In this document: positions 62,936-64,000 of the stretch, piece by piece
Layout: every line of letters starts with the position of its first letter
How positions within the stretch are numbered: the stretch's first letter is position 1
Assembly: GCA_027622665.1 (NCBI GenBank)
Contig: JAQBYT010000001.1
Coordinates: 288,001 to 352,000 of the forward strand
Origin: Verrucomicrobiota bacterium
Lineage (GTDB): Bacteria > Verrucomicrobiota > Verrucomicrobiia > Opitutales > Seribacteraceae
Length of the DNA stretch: 64,000 nucleotides
Direction: 5' to 3'
Program-made: the position numbers and the translations under genes
Notes under the pieces: generated by a model
Databases searched by the model: none
Seen by the model: the letters and a program-made list of their open reading frames with translations, nothing else
Told to the model about the DNA's origin: nothing

Positions 62936-63889
62936 TTAGCAAATAAAACGATCCGTCACCAGAAATGTCGTCTTTTCCGAAGCTTGACCGAAAAAATCCT
63001 CCGCAAAAGGTACAAGTCCGGTATCCCCTGCTTTCAAAAAACATCCCTCGCCGTGAAGAGATCCGCTCACAATATGCACCAAGACGACATCCCCACCAGC
63101 AGAAGAAAGTTTTTTCTTCTGCCCATCCGCAAGCTCGAATTTACAGATGCGGAAGTGGTCGCATGCAGCGATAACCTGTTCCGCGGCTTCAGGATCGGAG
63201 CGAAATGGCTCAGGCTCAAAATCGGCAAAGTTAATGCATCGCATAGACTCCTCGAGATGCAGTTCTCTGGGTTCACCATCCAACCCCACGCGTTCCCAAT
63301 CGTATACTCGGTAAGTGGTATCTGAATTTTGCTGTACCTCCAAAATCAAATTACCTCCATCGATAGCGTGAATGCGGCCACTTTCCACAAGAAGGGAGTC
63401 TCCGGCAAACGATGGAACTCGGTGACATAAATCAGCGAGACGCCCTTCATTCAGCGCCTCCCCAAAAGACTCTTTTGAAACCCCGGATTTCAATCCGGCG
63501 ATCAACCCTGCTCCGGAGTCGGCTTTCGCCACATACCAGTTTTCCGTTTTTGGTTCACCGCCGAGTTCATGCGCGATGGCTGAAGGAGGGTGAACCTGGA
63601 GACTTAGGCGTTCTGCGCAGTCCAACCATTTAACCAGAATCGGAAACGGTTTTGCGGAAGGCCAACTCGGACCAAGAAGCCAATCCGAATTACCTTCGAT
63701 CAATTCGCGGAGCGTGCGATCCTTCAAAGGTCCTTCCGCCACGATCGATTGGCTCTCGGGTCTGTCCACAATTTCCCAAGTTTCGCCTATTCTTTTACCC
63801 TCGGGTAAATCACGGCCAAATACTTTCTCAAGACTGCGACCTCCCCAAATACGAACTACGGAAATAGGTGTGAACTTAACAACCGACAT
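62936..63889 (-). CDS. manA: Type I mannose-6-phosphate isomerase
   Basis: IWGG, GETWE, LSLQVHP, KTENWY, HAI...EVQQNSDTTYRVYDW; probable ATG start at 63889. Confidence 0.92.
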   Translation of the reverse strand: MSVVKFTPISVVRIWGGRSLEKVFGRDLPEGKRIGETWEIVDRPESQSIVAEGPLKDRTLRELIEGNSDWLLGPSWPSAKPFPILVKWLDCAERLSLQVHPPSAIAHELGGEPKTENWYVAKADSGAGLIAGLKSGVSKESFGEALNEGRLADLCHRVPSFAGDSLLVESGRIHAIDGGNLILEVQQNSDTTYRVYDWERVGLDGEPRELHLEESMRCINFADFEPEPFRSDPEAAEQVIAACDHFRICKFELADGQKKKLSSAGGDVVLVHIVSGSLHGEGCFLKAGDTGLVPFAEDFFGQASEKTTFLVTDRFIC

Positions 63890-64000
63890 TGGTAAAAGTA
63901 TCTTCAAAGATTGCGTTGCAAGGCAACGAAATCCTCTTATGCCTAGTCATCGTTAAAAAGTAAGGGAAATCTAGTGATAAAAAAAGGAATAGGTTCGGGG

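Overview
This is a core-genome window from a bacterium, most likely Verrucomicrobiota (Opitutae-like). That assignment is inferred from the PVC-type EF-Tu effector loop, the RpoB/RpoC features and the gene order. Bases 1-19100 hold the minus-strand translation/transcription supercluster: tRNA-Thr, tuf, tRNA-Trp, secE, nusG, rplKAJL, rpoBC, rpsL, rpsG, fusA, rpsJ, rplCDWB and a partial rpsS. The rest is mostly housekeeping: a TPR-ExbB-ExbD-TonB-like operon, tRNA-Gly, hisN-like, a DEDDh exonuclease, gyrBA, an SLC13 permease, a MIF-like tautomerase, hemB, pyrD, tRNA-Leu, tsaE, pyrR-pyrB-pyrC', a nuclease-DinG helicase, a HAD hydrolase, prfA-prmC, Prc and rhomboid proteases, rarA, comEC, an AraC regulator, cysS, prmA, purN, a cytidylyltransferase, dnaJ, grpE and manA. 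I found no mobile element, prophage or CRISPR array. The most notable observations are: a tRNA-Leu with the rare bacterial AAG (A34) anticodon; a 6S-like long hairpin with a competing terminator upstream of gyrB; structured leaders at rplJ-rplL and rpsJ-rplC; loss of metal-ligand motifs (RpoC second Zn site, DinG Fe-S, PyrC'); an S12 P90N substitution; largely SD-less translation starts; and an AraC protein with a C-terminal PAS-like domain facing a small RHH-like gene. All calls are from motif recognition by eye; no searches were run.
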